NCBI RefSeq assembly: GCF_006345805.1
Contig: NC_043013.1
Location: forward strand, 24,614,001-24,678,000
Direction of reading: 5' to 3'
Source of the DNA: Octopus sinensis
Lineage: Eukaryota
Length of the DNA: 64,000 nt
A program made the translations under genes and the position numbers. The notes beneath the pieces were generated by a model. The model had not been told where the DNA came from. It ran no database searches and saw nothing but the letters and a program-made list of their open reading frames with translations. Each line of letters begins with the position of its first letter. Within the stretch, counting starts at the first letter, position 1. Below are positions 14,065-30,099 of the stretch, piece after piece.

Positions 14065-14510
14065 GTAATGCAAGCCATATGCTACAAATGTGTCCCAGAG
14101 AGGAAGGTCACTGTACACAAGAACAAAATCCCCAGAGAGAGGAAAATTTTAATGAGACGGCGTACAAAAATTTCAAATCGCCTAAACAAACAAATTGAAA
14201 GCAGTGAAAAGTCCCGCCTGAAAATAAAACTGTTGGAAATTGAAAATGTCTGCAACCTCTCCCATGAAAAGGAAGAGCAGACAAGAGAGGGCTGGGCTAT
14301 AAGACAACATAAATCTAACCCCAGAGCTTTCTACAGGTATGCCAAAGAAACAGCTACGGTGCACTGTAGGATAGGGCCACTCCTTGAAAAGGATGGCACA
14401 CTCACAGGGAAACCAATGAGGGTAAGTGAAATACTGAATCAGCAATTCAAGAGTGTTTTCACTCCACCCCTTGGGCATTTCCAAATCACCAATCCAACTG
14501 ACTTCTTTAC
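14065..14510 (+). mobile_element. CR1-group LINE ORF2 linker fragment, inverted relative to 13050-14050
   Basis: KIPRERKILMRRRTK...FYRYAK...GPL...EILNQQFKSVFT; homologous to 14727-15125. Confidence 0.8.
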
Positions 14511-15285
14511 CACTAGTCTCGGATCACAACGTGATAGAGCTGTCTATGTTTGGGCCGAAAGTAGCCAAAGACATACAGCCTAAAGGAAGCACCCGAAATC
14601 TCTCCATTCTGAACTTCCACAAAGCAGATTGGAAATCGATCCAAAAAGAGATCCTCAGAGAGGACTGGCCGAAATATCTCTGCACACCAGACATTGACAT
14701 GAAACTAGAATGTTTCATCTCTTCTGTGCAAGCCATATGCCAGAAATATGTCCCAGAGCACAAGTCCAAAAAAGAAATAGGAGCAAGATTCCTAGAGAGA
14801 GGAAGATCCTCATGAGACGATGGACGAAGGTTGCAAATCGACTCAACCAACATCCCAAAAGCAGCAAAACGTCCCGCCTAAAATCAACACTGATGGAGAT
14901 CGAAAAAGGGCTGTAACAATCCTAGGTGAGGGAGAAAGCAGACAAAGAAGCCTGGGTTATAAAAAAAATTAAGCCAAACCCAAAGGCCTTCTTTCATTAC
15001 GCGAAAGAAACAGCCTCAGTACACTACAAGATAGGATCCCTCCTTCAAAAGGATGGCTCCCTCACAGACAGTTCAACTAAGATCAGTGAGATACTGAAGG
15101 ATCAGTTCAAAAGTGTCTTTACCACCCGGTTGGAACACAGACAAGTGAACGAACCAGTGAACTTCTTTGCCGTCTCACCTATAACCAGCGAGGCAGTTAC
15201 AATAGAATACATTGACATTAGCAAAGAAGATGTACTACTAGCCATAGATGAAGTGGACGCAAACTCAACTGCTGGTCCTGATTGT
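14511..15285 (+). mobile_element. CR1-group LINE fragment from APE end (SDHNVI) to RT start (NSTAGPD)
   Basis: ORFs 14453-14815 and 14926-15315: NFHKADW, PKAFFHYAK, EILKDQFKSVFT, STAGPD. Confidence 0.85.
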
Positions 15286-15893
15286 GTATTCATGTGTGTG
15301 TGCATGTGTGTGTGAGGTTTTGTGTGGATGTGTGGGTTTATGGTTGGATGTGGCTGTGTATGTTTTTCTTGTGCGGTGTGGTGGAGGTCGGGCGGCTCTC
15401 AGCGGACCAACCGTGAGGAAGACAATGATAATTTAAATTCAAATCCAATAGTGCATTTATGTCATAAGGAAAATTACTAACTGGAACCCGGACATACATA
15501 TGTGCCACTTTCGATCCTAATGTAAGCGTTGTTAATAATATTATGAATGATAATAATGTTTGCATTAATGGTATTGACAACGATAATGATGCTAACTTTA
15601 ATGACACTTTAGAAATTAGTAGGAAGTAATATAATGTACTATTGACTATGTATATTTACATCTAGGTACTAATATGTGTATGTTTATTATCACAATATTA
15701 AGTTGAAAAACTGAAACATTGAGTGTGGAACATATATATGTTTACTAATTTATATTATTTTTTACATCATTATGTATATGTATATTTTTATATGTATAGG
15801 AGTGTGAGTATATGCACTCATATGTATATGTTGTATTATGGGTATGTACCCACACCCATATGGGTATATATGTAGACTAATTTATATCACATA

Positions 15894-16020
15894 ATCTCCG
15901 AAGAGGCATTATGATATTTTTGTAAATGTCTCATTTATATCTATATATTGACCTACCATAAAAGGCTAATATTGGTAAAATGAGACATACTTATCTACAT
16001 GGCCGAAACAGCTGTAAGAT
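15894..16020 (+). ncRNA. Type I hammerhead-like motif with long stem II (U4C)
   Basis: AUCU-CCGAAGA-GGC[insert with tgtctcattt/aaatgagaca hairpin]GCC-GAAAC-AGCU-GUA/AGAU. Confidence 0.65.
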
Positions 16021-16269
16021 GTAATCTATGCTTATATTTATATTTACTTATATTTATATTCTCTTTTATATATATTCTACTTATTATACAACATTACTCT
16101 TTTATGTACACTTTTTTATGTATATTCCTTTATGTACACTGATTTGTTCTGCTTTTTTATGTTTAACCCTACAGTCTCTTATGTGGTGGTTTAATAAAGT
16201 ATGTGATTGAGTATTATCTGGTAATTGATATTGATTTAGATGTATTTCTCCATTTTCTTATCTGTGTTA

Positions 16270-16288
16270 TATATATATATATATATAT

Positions 16289-16353
<65 letters not shown>

Positions 16354-16531
16354 GTACATATATATATATATATATGTATATATATCTATGTACATATATA
16401 TATATATATATGTATATATATATGTACATATATATATATATCGTAACATATATATATATATAATATGTACAATATATATATATTATATGTACATAATATA
16501 TATATATGTACATATATATATATATATGTAC

Positions 16532-16566
<35 letters not shown>

Positions 16567-16675
16567 TAGATATATATAATATATATATATAACTATATAT
16601 GATATAGATATATATATATATATAGATATATATATATATACATAGATATATATATATATATATATATATATATCT

Positions 16676-16738
<63 letters not shown>

Positions 16739-16745
16739 ATATATT
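16270..16745. repeat. (TA)n-rich microsatellite
   Basis: Directly visible. Confidence 0.95.
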
Positions 16746-16749
16746 TATT

Positions 16750-17490
16750 TTATCTAGTTTCAGCTCACGGGCTGTGGCCATGCTAGGGCACCGCCATTTA
16801 GTGTTGCTACATGATTTTACTTCACGAATGCTTTTTAGCAACTGCCATTTGGTGCATGAGAGAGTTCGATGCAGTTGCTCTCATCTGCACCTCCTGTCGT
16901 GAAGTTGGTTCATCTGGGACACCTGACAGGAAGAGATCCAGTTTTATTTTAAAGACATCTGCATCCACCCCATGCAGGCCTCTCAGGTTTTTCGGGAGGA
17001 TATTGAAGAGCTGTGGGCCTCGGAAGCCCAGGCTATCACAGTATCTTGTTCTACATTTTGATGGCAAATTTGGAGTCCTTGGCACCATGCAGTGGCGCCC
17101 AGTTCTAGCATTTGTTTAACTCTCGATGCCAAAGTTTGGGACAAGTCCTTCTAGGATCTTCCAGATGTATATTATGGCATATCTTTCTCGCCTACGCTCT
17201 AAGGAATAGAGTCTCAATCTCTTGAGTCTTTCCCAATAGCTTATATGCTGCACAGAGGCTATCTTCTTCGTGTAGCTTCGTTGTATCGCCACAAGTTCTG
17301 TGATTAACTTGACACTGGATGGTGACCATAGCTGAGAGGAATAGTCAAAGTGGCTTAGGACAGCAAGTGTCCTCCAAAGGACCATCATGATTTCCTGGTC
17401 TCTTGCTCTAAAGGTTCTAAGAATCCATCCAGTCAGCCGCCTACATTTCATTGCCAATTTAGCAACATGCACATGAAAGGTTGCATCATC
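16750..17490 (-). mobile_element. CR1-group LINE, 5'-truncated 3' end
   Basis: ILRTFRARD, LYSLERRRERY, PDEPTSRQE; nearly identical to 18585-19335. Confidence 0.9.
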
Positions 17491-18070
17491 ACTCATGTAA
17501 AATTGAATAAGGGTAGAAATTGATATTAATCAATTAAAACCAGTGGCCTAGCTTATTTTTAAAAAATCCGAAGAGTAAAAATATTTTTTACATACAAAAT
17601 TTAGATGATTGACCACTAAAAGTGGACAGCCAATATGCTAGATATAGACCTCAAAATCGCTATTTTCCACGAAGAATATATTCTCAAGGAAAAACTCAGC
17701 AAAAAACCAAAGTGTAAAAATAAGCAAGACAAATGAAAATATACTAAATAAAAAACGATTACCTATGTACTAATATATATGTACATACATTCTACATATA
17801 TATATATATATATACATTCTACATATATATTTGCTGATATACATCTTTCTATAAATAGCATTGAATGGGAATCTTTTAACCAGAGTACTAATCATTTTTG
17901 TTATTGATGACCAAGTAAATTTATGATCATAAGACATTCCAACTGTTTCGATCAGTTTTTATTGCTCTTCAGACAGTGTGTCTAGGGTCAGATTATCATA
18001 TTCGTGGTATGCAATCAAGTTTCTTCTAAATTCTTATTACTATTCACATTACAAATCAAAATTCTTATGG

Positions 18071-18102
<32 letters not shown>

Positions 18103-18584
18103 CTCAATATCCAGCCAGCATCACTTCATTATAATGCAGCTATCTCCCAGTTTATTCGTTCATCCGTGTTAGACATTTAATAACATAAACCTTATCTTGT
18201 CTTTAGTAAAAATAAAAAAAGGAAAATATTGATTAAAGATATATACATACACACACCAACCCACACACACACGCACACACACACATATATATATATATAT
18301 GATCGTAGGCAAACTGCTGTGCAATATTCTCAACGAATTACGATATCTGTGTTTCTTTGTTATATGAGATATTATTTATTCCAAGGCACGTCTATCATCT
18401 TAACATTCTGATTAATTTTAGTCCAGGATTTCTCATCCAGTGGCAACCAACAAAATTTGAGATTTAAAATTACAGTGCAACTATGTTAATTAAAATGATG
18501 TTAATTATAATATCAGAAGAAGCAACGATCACTCACACGAGCCACACACAGAAACACACACAAACATTTTTTATTTATTTTTTT

Positions 18585-19915
18585 ATTTATCTAGTTTCAG
18601 CTCATAAGCTGTGGCCATGCTGGGGCACCGCCATTTGGTGTTGCTACATGATTTTACTTCACGAGTGCTTTTTAGCAATTGCCATTTGGTGCATGAGAGA
18701 GTTCGATGCAGTGCCCTCATCTGCACCTCCTGCCGTGAAGTTGGTTCATCTGGGATACCTGACAAGAAGAGATCCAGTTTCATTTTAAAGACATCTGCAT
18801 CCACCCCATGCATGTCTCTTAGGTTCTTCGAGAGGATACTGAAGAGCTGTGGGCCTCGGAAGCCCAGGCTATCACAGTATCTGTCCTACATCTTGATGGC
18901 AAATTTGGAGTCCTTGGCACCATGCAGTGGCGCCCAGTTCTGACATTTGTGTAACTCTCGATGCCAAAGTTTGGGACAAGTCCTTCTAGGATCTTCCAGA
19001 TGTATATTATGGCATATCTTTCTCGCCTACGCTCTAAGGAATAGAGTCTCAATCTCTTGAGTCTTTCCCAATAGCTTATATGCTGCACAGAGGCTATCTT
19101 CTTCGTGTAGCTTCGTTGTATCGCCTCAAGTTCTGTGATTAACTTGACACTGGATGGTGACCATAGCTGAGAGGAATAGTCAAAGTGGCTTAGGACAGCA
19201 AGTGTCCTCCAAAGGACCATCATGGTTTCCTGGTCTCTTGCTCTAAAGGTTCTAAGAATCCATCCAGTCAGCCGCCTACATTTCATTGCCAATTTAGCAA
19301 CATGCACATGAAAGGTTGCATCATCACTCATGTAAATACCCAGGTCTCGCACTGATTGTGCCTCTGGGATTGCAGTCCCTCCAGGTCCAGTGTATTGCAT
19401 TTAGTTTTGCATGCTGATAGTATAAAGCTTGAAACTTCTCAGCATTGAACTGCATGCTATTCTTTTCAGCCCACTTGTATATTTTGTCCAGCTCCCATTG
19501 CAGGTGGTTAATGTCTTCAGGGTTCTGTATTGCTTGTGAAACTTTTGTATCATCTGCATAACTTGTGATCGTGGCTCTCTGCGTGGATGAGGGCATGTCC
19601 GAGAGGGTCATTATGAACAGCAGTGGTCCCAGAACAGTGCCTTGCGGAACACCGCTCACTATTTGCGTGTTAATGGAAGTGGCCCCATTGGCTACTACCA
19701 CCTGACTTCTATCCTTCAGTTTTCTTGGAAGTTTGCCAGTTGCAAGGAAGCTCTGAAAGAGGAACTGCAGTGGTCTTGCTAGGACTCTCTTACATACTTT
19801 TAGAAGGATTGCTGGGAATTCATCTGGGCCAGTAGCTGAGTTTGTTTTCATTTCATCAATAGCCTTTATTACATCGTCTTCCTTTATATTGATGTAATCA
19901 ATCATCGCTGCCTCC
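18585..19915 (-). mobile_element. CR1-group LINE, 5'-truncated, with internal RT deletion
   Basis: NSATGPD..., GVPQGTVLGPLLF, SYADDTKV, LYSLERRRERY; the RT segment between KLKD and RSQVVVANG is missing. Confidence 0.9.
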
Positions 19916-20223
19916 GATTTTACATGCATATATATGTTTTATAACGTGGTTACTGTATGTCACCTTAATGTCATGCACTAGTAACGGTACACAAGCTGAA
20001 ACATGGGGATTACAGAAATGGATCATAGGAATTCTATCTTTATACAGCCTTCACGGACTTTTACCATGGATTTATTCTACTTTTTTAAAGTTTTTGCTCA
20101 GTTTTATACCAACACATATATATGAATACCAGTAATTTTTTTACACAACATTTTCCTCATTCAATTTAAACAGCATTTTGTTCATTTGATTTCCTACAGC
20201 GAAATTCTTCCTTTCGACTCGAT

Positions 20224-20309
20224 TCTCTGACGAGTGGATATACTTCCCAACGATGTTTAACTTTAGATTTCATTTTAAGAGGAAGTATATTCACGAAACG
20301 ATCATAAGA
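20224..20309 (+). ncRNA. Type I hammerhead motif with 14-bp stem II
   Basis: UCU-CUGACGA-GUGGAUAUACUUCC[loop]GGAAGUAUAUUCAC-GAAAC-GAUC-AUA/AGA; one mismatch in stem III (AUA rather than GUA). Confidence 0.75.
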
Positions 20310-20678
20310 TCTTTTAAACATTTCAAAACTTTTTAATAATCATAGCTTTACTTTATTAATACGATATTGCTAATATTATATCCTTATCTTTATCATGATT
20401 TTTAAGATATATCTATTCCACTATTTTACTCTCTAATTTAAAATCGCTCTCAGGAATCTCTAAATTTCTTTTAAGATTTTAGACATATTTCATATACTAG
20501 ATCACTTTTCATCCAATACACCTTGTTTTCATAGGACGTTTAATTAACAACATACACACACATATTTATATCAGTTGAATACAGTTACAACATGGTTTGG
20601 TTTTCATGTTTTTTATCAATGTATTTTAAAAAAATTTTGAGAATGTTGAATGTGTTAAATATTAACATAATATTTTGT

Positions 20679-23954
<3,276 letters not shown>

Positions 23955-23999
23955 GCTGCAACTGAGAGCTCGGAATATCCGAGACGAACGATAAATAAA

Positions 24000-24237
24000 G
24001 AGGTAAATTCAGAAACAAAGTAAAAGTCAATCAACAAATTCCCAGACGCAAAATTTTAAATATACTCTTAAAAATACACCTACATTAATAAAATTTAATA
24101 CAAATCAATAGATCTATATGAATAAATCTATTGATCTGTATTAAATTGTATTAATGTAGGTGTATTTTTAAGAATATGTTTAAAATTTTGCGTCTGGAAT
24201 TTGTTGATTGACCTACACTTTTTTCTGAATTTACCTC
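24000..24237. repeat. Long palindrome, about 114-bp arms with a 12-nt spacer
   Basis: gaggtaaattcagaaa...caatagat / atctattg...tttctgaatttacctc. Confidence 0.9.
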
Positions 24238-24255
24238 ATATATATATGTGTGTGT

Positions 24256-24293
<38 letters not shown>

Positions 24294-24302
24294 TAGATAG
24301 AT

Positions 24303-24335
<33 letters not shown>

Positions 24336-24568
24336 CCAACAATCAAAGAACTCCACAACCTTTAGAATGCTTTTCATTCAAAAGCCATTCTGACTCGCAT
24401 ATTTATTCTTTGTATTTGATTCTTTGCCTACCACTCCTCGAATATATACTAAACATCTTCCTCATTAATTTGATTTGCGAACTACTATAAATGCACGCAT
24501 CATACCAACACCATCTTGCCACACACAGTAGCGTAATGCGCATATTATAACACTGTAACATATTATAT

Positions 24569-24663
24569 AACCTGATGAGGTTTCCTCTGCACCGTGAGAT
24601 GCATTTGATTCCATTATATCGTTCCCCACACAGTAGCAGATGTAAGCCGAAACGATCGTCGTG
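24569..24663 (+). ncRNA. Type I hammerhead motif, intact core, weak stem I
   Basis: CUGAUGA-GGUUU[loop]AAGCC-GAAAC-GAUC-GUC/GUG; stem I only 2 bp. Confidence 0.7.
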
Positions 24664-24935
24664 CTGATTAAAGCTTATAGTACACTCTGTCCTCCCTATC
24701 TGTTATGCGTGTGAGTGTGTGCGTGCACACGTTCGTGCGTGTGTGTATACAAATACAAAAATGTTATATATATGTATAGAATTTGAAAATATAAAAAATA
24801 TTTTAAATAATTGAAAAGATTTTTTTTTAATTTGAAAAGGAATATAAAAATTGGAATGTGAAAAGAAGTTTTTAAAATACAATATATATGTATGTATATG
24901 TATGTATATATATATATATTACATATGTGTGTATG

Positions 24936-24966
<31 letters not shown>

Positions 24967-25063
24967 TGTGTGTGTGTGTATGCATATATCTATGTATATA
25001 TATATATATATACATATGTGTGTATGTATATATATATATATTATATATATATACATATGTGTG

Positions 25064-25099
<36 letters not shown>

Positions 25100-25107
25100 T
25101 GCTATAT

Positions 25108-25144
<37 letters not shown>

Positions 25145-26959
25145 TTTGATTGTTGAAGTATAAAGACGTGTTTTTGCTCCTCTCTGCGCCGGTCAGCGGC
25201 AAGCTTCACAGCTACATTCGTCGAAATTGACCATCACATATATTCCTGTATATTTGAAACCACGCTTTGAAACCACGAGTTTCCCAACTCGTGAGTAGAC
25301 TTTTCCTTAACCACAAACTATTTTCATTATTTTCATTATTTTCAAACGACCAAATATTTTCAAACACCTGATAACTAAAGGATCACCCACACATTAAAAA
25401 TTGGAAAAAGAGGGGAAAAAAGGAAAAGAAAGGAAAGATAAAATAACTACAAGCTCATAATTCAAATACAAACTTCTCAGTATTACAGCAAACATTCTGT
25501 ACAATCAATTCTACATACTTCTTTTAAAAAAAATAATTAAAAGTAATCAACAAAACAAACGAACAAAATAAAATTTAATAAAACATATCAACCAGAATGG
25601 CTAGCCACCAAAAATCCACAAAAACTGGTCTGATAATGAAACAACGTTCGTTATCAACACCATGGCATTGCCTTACCCAAACAGAGAGCATAGGTGCTTC
25701 GTGTCTGAACGAAATTGCTAAACGAACAGTTCACCATTTGCAAACTCGATCTGAAACAGCAGATACAAAATAAATTAAAACAAATCGAAGTTGCTTTAAA
25801 TTAATAAATAAACACTTCGATAAACTGAGATGTGTTCTTCGAACGCATCACCGGCAGCAACACAACCAACAACAACCTCAACAACAACAAGCTAGGCGGC
25901 AACAACAACAACAACAGCTACAGAAACAACAACAACTCAGCAGCAACAACAACAACAACAGCTACAGCAACACAACAACTTCAGCAGCAACAACAACAAC
26001 AACAACAAAACCGCAGCAGCGGCAACAACAAAAGGATGAACCACTCCTTGATTCATCTACAATGGCCGATTTGCTAAACGAAACAATTGACCCCCCCCCC
26101 CCGTCTCAGGGTCACAAAGCAACAAGGAAGCACACCCCTTCCTTCACTGCCCCAGCAGCTCAATCATCTCATTGTCAACCATCTCCTCTGCTTACTACTA
26201 CTAGTACTACTCCCACTATGTATCGACAAAACATCTTTGTCTACCGCTAGGTTGGAATCGAACCTCCTCAATCATTACCACTGTCAACATCTCTTCTACC
26301 TACTACTACAAACTACTACTACAAATGCTATCCAAGGAATTTACCTCCTACAGGTCACAAAGGTCGCCAAAACTTCAACAAAACTATCATCACCTTTCAC
26401 AACTCACACACACACCACGCACCTACACACCCACTCGAAACCCCATCATTTGCCGATATTCTCTTCGCCATAGACTGTGCACTGATAGAGACTGCAAATT
26501 CACCCATTTACCTGGAACAAAACGCTCTATCCCCACAAACTACAACAGGCAACCACCATAATACAACCACCACCACAACCCAATATCTCAAACAGGAATC
26601 CCCAAATCTGCCGCTATTCCCAGCGAGACAGATTGTGTTTGCACAGGGATTGCCCCTTTACCATCTCCCGGGGACTCGTCGGACATTTAAAGATAACCAC
26701 TTATAAAAATAACCCACAACCACAGTCCACCTACAGTTCCCTAGACAGGAAACCACCTCTTCTTCCTCTTTTTAGCTATAATGAATCTAGCAAAAGAACT
26801 GGAAAAAAACATCCGAGCTATCACCCACCCACCATCCACCACTATTACCCACTGCACATGCCATTAAAAAGCAATCAAATAAACAAATCACCAAAAACAA
26901 TTAAAACCATCCACTCTCGCCTCAAATTTCTGCTAATGCCCAAGGCATCAGCCCTTCCA

Positions 26960-27620
26960 CCAATACACAAAAATGGAAGATAAGATTCCTGGAGGACTGG
27001 GTCGAGGCCTATCCAACCCATATCCCCTTCTTCGTCCTCACTGAAACCCATCTTAGTGACCTCCACTTGGAAGCCGAGGTGAAAGTTAAAAATTTCAAAA
27101 CCATTCGTGCTGATCGTGCTGGCAGAAGAAAGGGGGGGACTGCCATTATGTCCATGATTCATTCTCAACAGAAGCATGAACATATTTTCAAATGGATACT
27201 GCGAAGCAGTCGCTGTATTCAGTCAAACCAACAACTTAACAGTAGTTGGGCTCTACAGACCACCCCAAACGCCCCTACCATGCTTCAAGGAATGCCTCAA
27301 CAGCATAAAGTGTTTCATTCAGCAGTGTCAACCTGACAACATTTTAATGATGGGAGACTTCAACCTTCCCGGGGTGACTGGTCTACAAACAGTCTGCCGC
27401 CAGGTTCTTCTCTCTCAACCCTGACAGGGAGGCAGGGTGAATCGCTTCTTGACTTTATGGATGATTTCTTCCTGTCCCAACTGGTACTCGAACCAACGAG
27501 ATGTCATAAAAACGTCTTAGACTTAATTTTCAGCAATCACACTGATACTATCCACAATATTGCAGTGGAGGAAACCCTACTCTCCGACCATGACATGGTT
27601 CTCTGTGTGATCTGAGATTT
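26960..27620 (+). pseudogene. Apurinic endonuclease domain of LINE ORF2
   Basis: TETH, DR..RKGGTAI, YRPP, GDFN, SDH motifs across frameshifts. Confidence 0.85.
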
Positions 27621-28165
27621 CACTGGCCAAAATGCAAAGCAAATGTCATCCCTCCTGTTCATCCATTTGACACTATGGATTTCCACAATGCAAACTGGGA
27701 AGCGATCAATAATGATCTTGCACAAGTCGATTGGTCCTTCACGCACACATACACACCCACTAACATCAAAAAGTCCTGGCAGTCACTTGTAGACACCATT
27801 ACGAACATATGTGCAAGACACACCCATTAAGCTGCAAACAAATCTAAGTGTCGAATCCCTAGAAATAGAAAATCTCTCATAAGGAAAATTAAAAATTAAC
27901 AAAAAGATCAACATGCTGAAATACTGTCAACAGCAACACACCAACTGACTGCCATCTCGTCGCTAGAGATTAAAAAACATAAACTCCAAAACAACATGAT
28001 GTCTCTCATCAATAGTCAGCGAAGAGCTGAAGAGGCCTGGGCCATTGAGAAGATCAAACTCAATCCCAAAGTGTTTTTTCATTTGCAAAAAAACACAGAG
28101 TCACTGGTTCTACTGTTGGCCCTCTGATTGATGAAAATGGTACTCTTCAAGACAATGCCAAAACC

Positions 28166-29830
28166 ATGGGAGAGATATTGCAGAAACAATATTGCTCTGT
28201 TTTCAGCAATCCTGATATGACTGATCTGGGCTGTATCAGTGATGTTACCCACCAATACACTTTATCGGACATAACATTTGGCGCTCCTGATGTCTTAGCA
28301 GCAATAAAGGAAATGAAGCATAATTCAGCAGTAGGTCCCGATAGGTTCCCGGCTTGTGTCTTGAAGATGTGTCAAAACCAACTTGCACCCCCTCTAGCCA
28401 ATCTGTGGCGGAACTCACTGGATGCTGGATATATACCAGAAGACCTTCTATCCCAGTCTGTTGTCCCAGTTTTCAAAAAAGGAAACAAATCGCTTGCCGT
28501 GAATTACCGTCCAATCTCACTCACCTCTCATATCATCAAGGTATTTGAGAGGGTGCTGAGATCGCGTATGACTCACTTCCTCGAGAGTCATAATATGCTG
28601 AACCCCAACCAGCATGGATTCCGTAATGGGAGAGATTGCCTGACGCAGCTACTGCATCATTTTGATGACATTTTGAGAGCCTTGGGAGAAGGTTCCAACA
28701 CTGATGTCATCTACCTTGATTTCAGCAAGGCCTTTGACAGGGTTGATCATAAGATCCTTCTGAGAAAGCTGTCCAATATTGGTGTCACTGGAAAGCTGCT
28801 GCAGTGGATCAAGTGCTTCCTGTCTAACAGAACCTAACATGTTGTAGTCGAAGGAGTCAAATCCAGCCCAGCCGAAGTCAGCAGTGGTGTCCCACAAGGC
28901 ACTGTGTTGGGCCCACTTCTCTTCATCATCTACATAAATGATATTACTGACACCATCAAACACAGTAACATCAGAACCTTCGCTGATGATTCCAAGCTCC
29001 AGAAGGTCATCAATGGCGTGGATGACCGAATAAACCTTCAGTCAGACCTACTGGCTGTTGTCCAATGGGCGGAAAAGAATAACATGTTGCTAAATGAAGA
29101 CAAATTCGAACTGATCCACTTTGGAAGGGAGGACGCTCTGAAACTCCCATACTCTCTTCCTTCTGGAGAAATTCTCATGGCATCCAACAACATCAGAGAC
29201 TTGGGAGTAACAGTGGACAACAACATAAGCTGGGCTACACATATAAGCAGCAAAGTTGACATGGCCCGCAGAATGTGTTCCTGGATTCTCAGAACCTTCC
29301 AGTCGAGAGATTCCCACGCTATTATTCTTCTCTTCTCCACTTTTGCCCGACCCCACCTTGAATACTGCTGTCCACTGTGGTCTCCCTACACAAAACAAAA
29401 TATTATGAGAACTGAAGCTCCCCAAAGGTCAATCACAAAAAGGATAGATGGCATGTCAGACCTTGACTACTGGGGTAGACTAGAGAAGCTGAAATTGTAT
29501 TCACTCCAACGACGCCGTGAACGCTACATTATCTGTATGATGTGGAAAATATTCCATCAGCACTGTCCGAATGATGTTGGCATCACCTTCAAAATACATC
29601 CAAGGCTTGGACCACGTGCCATCCGTCCACAACAAAAATCTAAATCGCATCACATAACGACAATACGGCACAACTATTTCACCTCAATTGGACCCGCTCT
29701 CTTCAACATTACACCAGGACACGTCAAAAAAGAAACTGACCACACAAAATTCAAGAAGTCTTTGGACAAATTCCTTCAAACAGTACCGGACAAACCACCC
29801 AACACCCGGATATGTCTCCGCAAACAATAA
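28166..29830 (+). pseudogene. Reverse transcriptase of LINE ORF2 (one in-frame stop at 28835-28837)
   Basis: ORFs 28166-28837 and 28904-29830 are in the same frame and carry the RT motifs. Confidence 0.92.
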
Positions 29831-30005
29831 CTCTCTGCTCGAATGGGCCTTGGTGCCCAAATCCTGAACTGAAAGACTTCGCCAGGTGGTGCTATTAAGT
29901 AAGACATGGCCTGGGCCAATACTGGCCAAAACCTTTCTAAGTTTATATATGTATGTATATATATATATATATATATATGTAAGTATATATATATGTATGT
30001 GTATA

Positions 30006-30069
<64 letters not shown>

Positions 30070-30099
30070 TATATATATATATAATTTTAATCCAAACGG

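Larger units (their letters stand above)
25142..29945 (+). mobile_element. Near full-length CR1-group LINE (ORF1, APE, RT), decayed, sitting in a (TA)n tract
   Basis: ORF1 remnants with two CCCH fingers; APE motifs LTETHL, VGLYRPP, MGDFNLP, LDLIF, LSDH; RT motifs NYRPISLTS, YLDFSKAFDRVDH, GVPQG..LGPLLF, FADD, YSLQRRRERY. The 5' boundary is inferred. Confidence 0.9.

Noticed and set aside
23952-23995. CUGAGA-GCUCGGA-AUA-UCCGAG-AC-GAAC hammerhead-like hairpin
   Set aside because: It needs two deletions and one insertion to fit the core; too degenerate.
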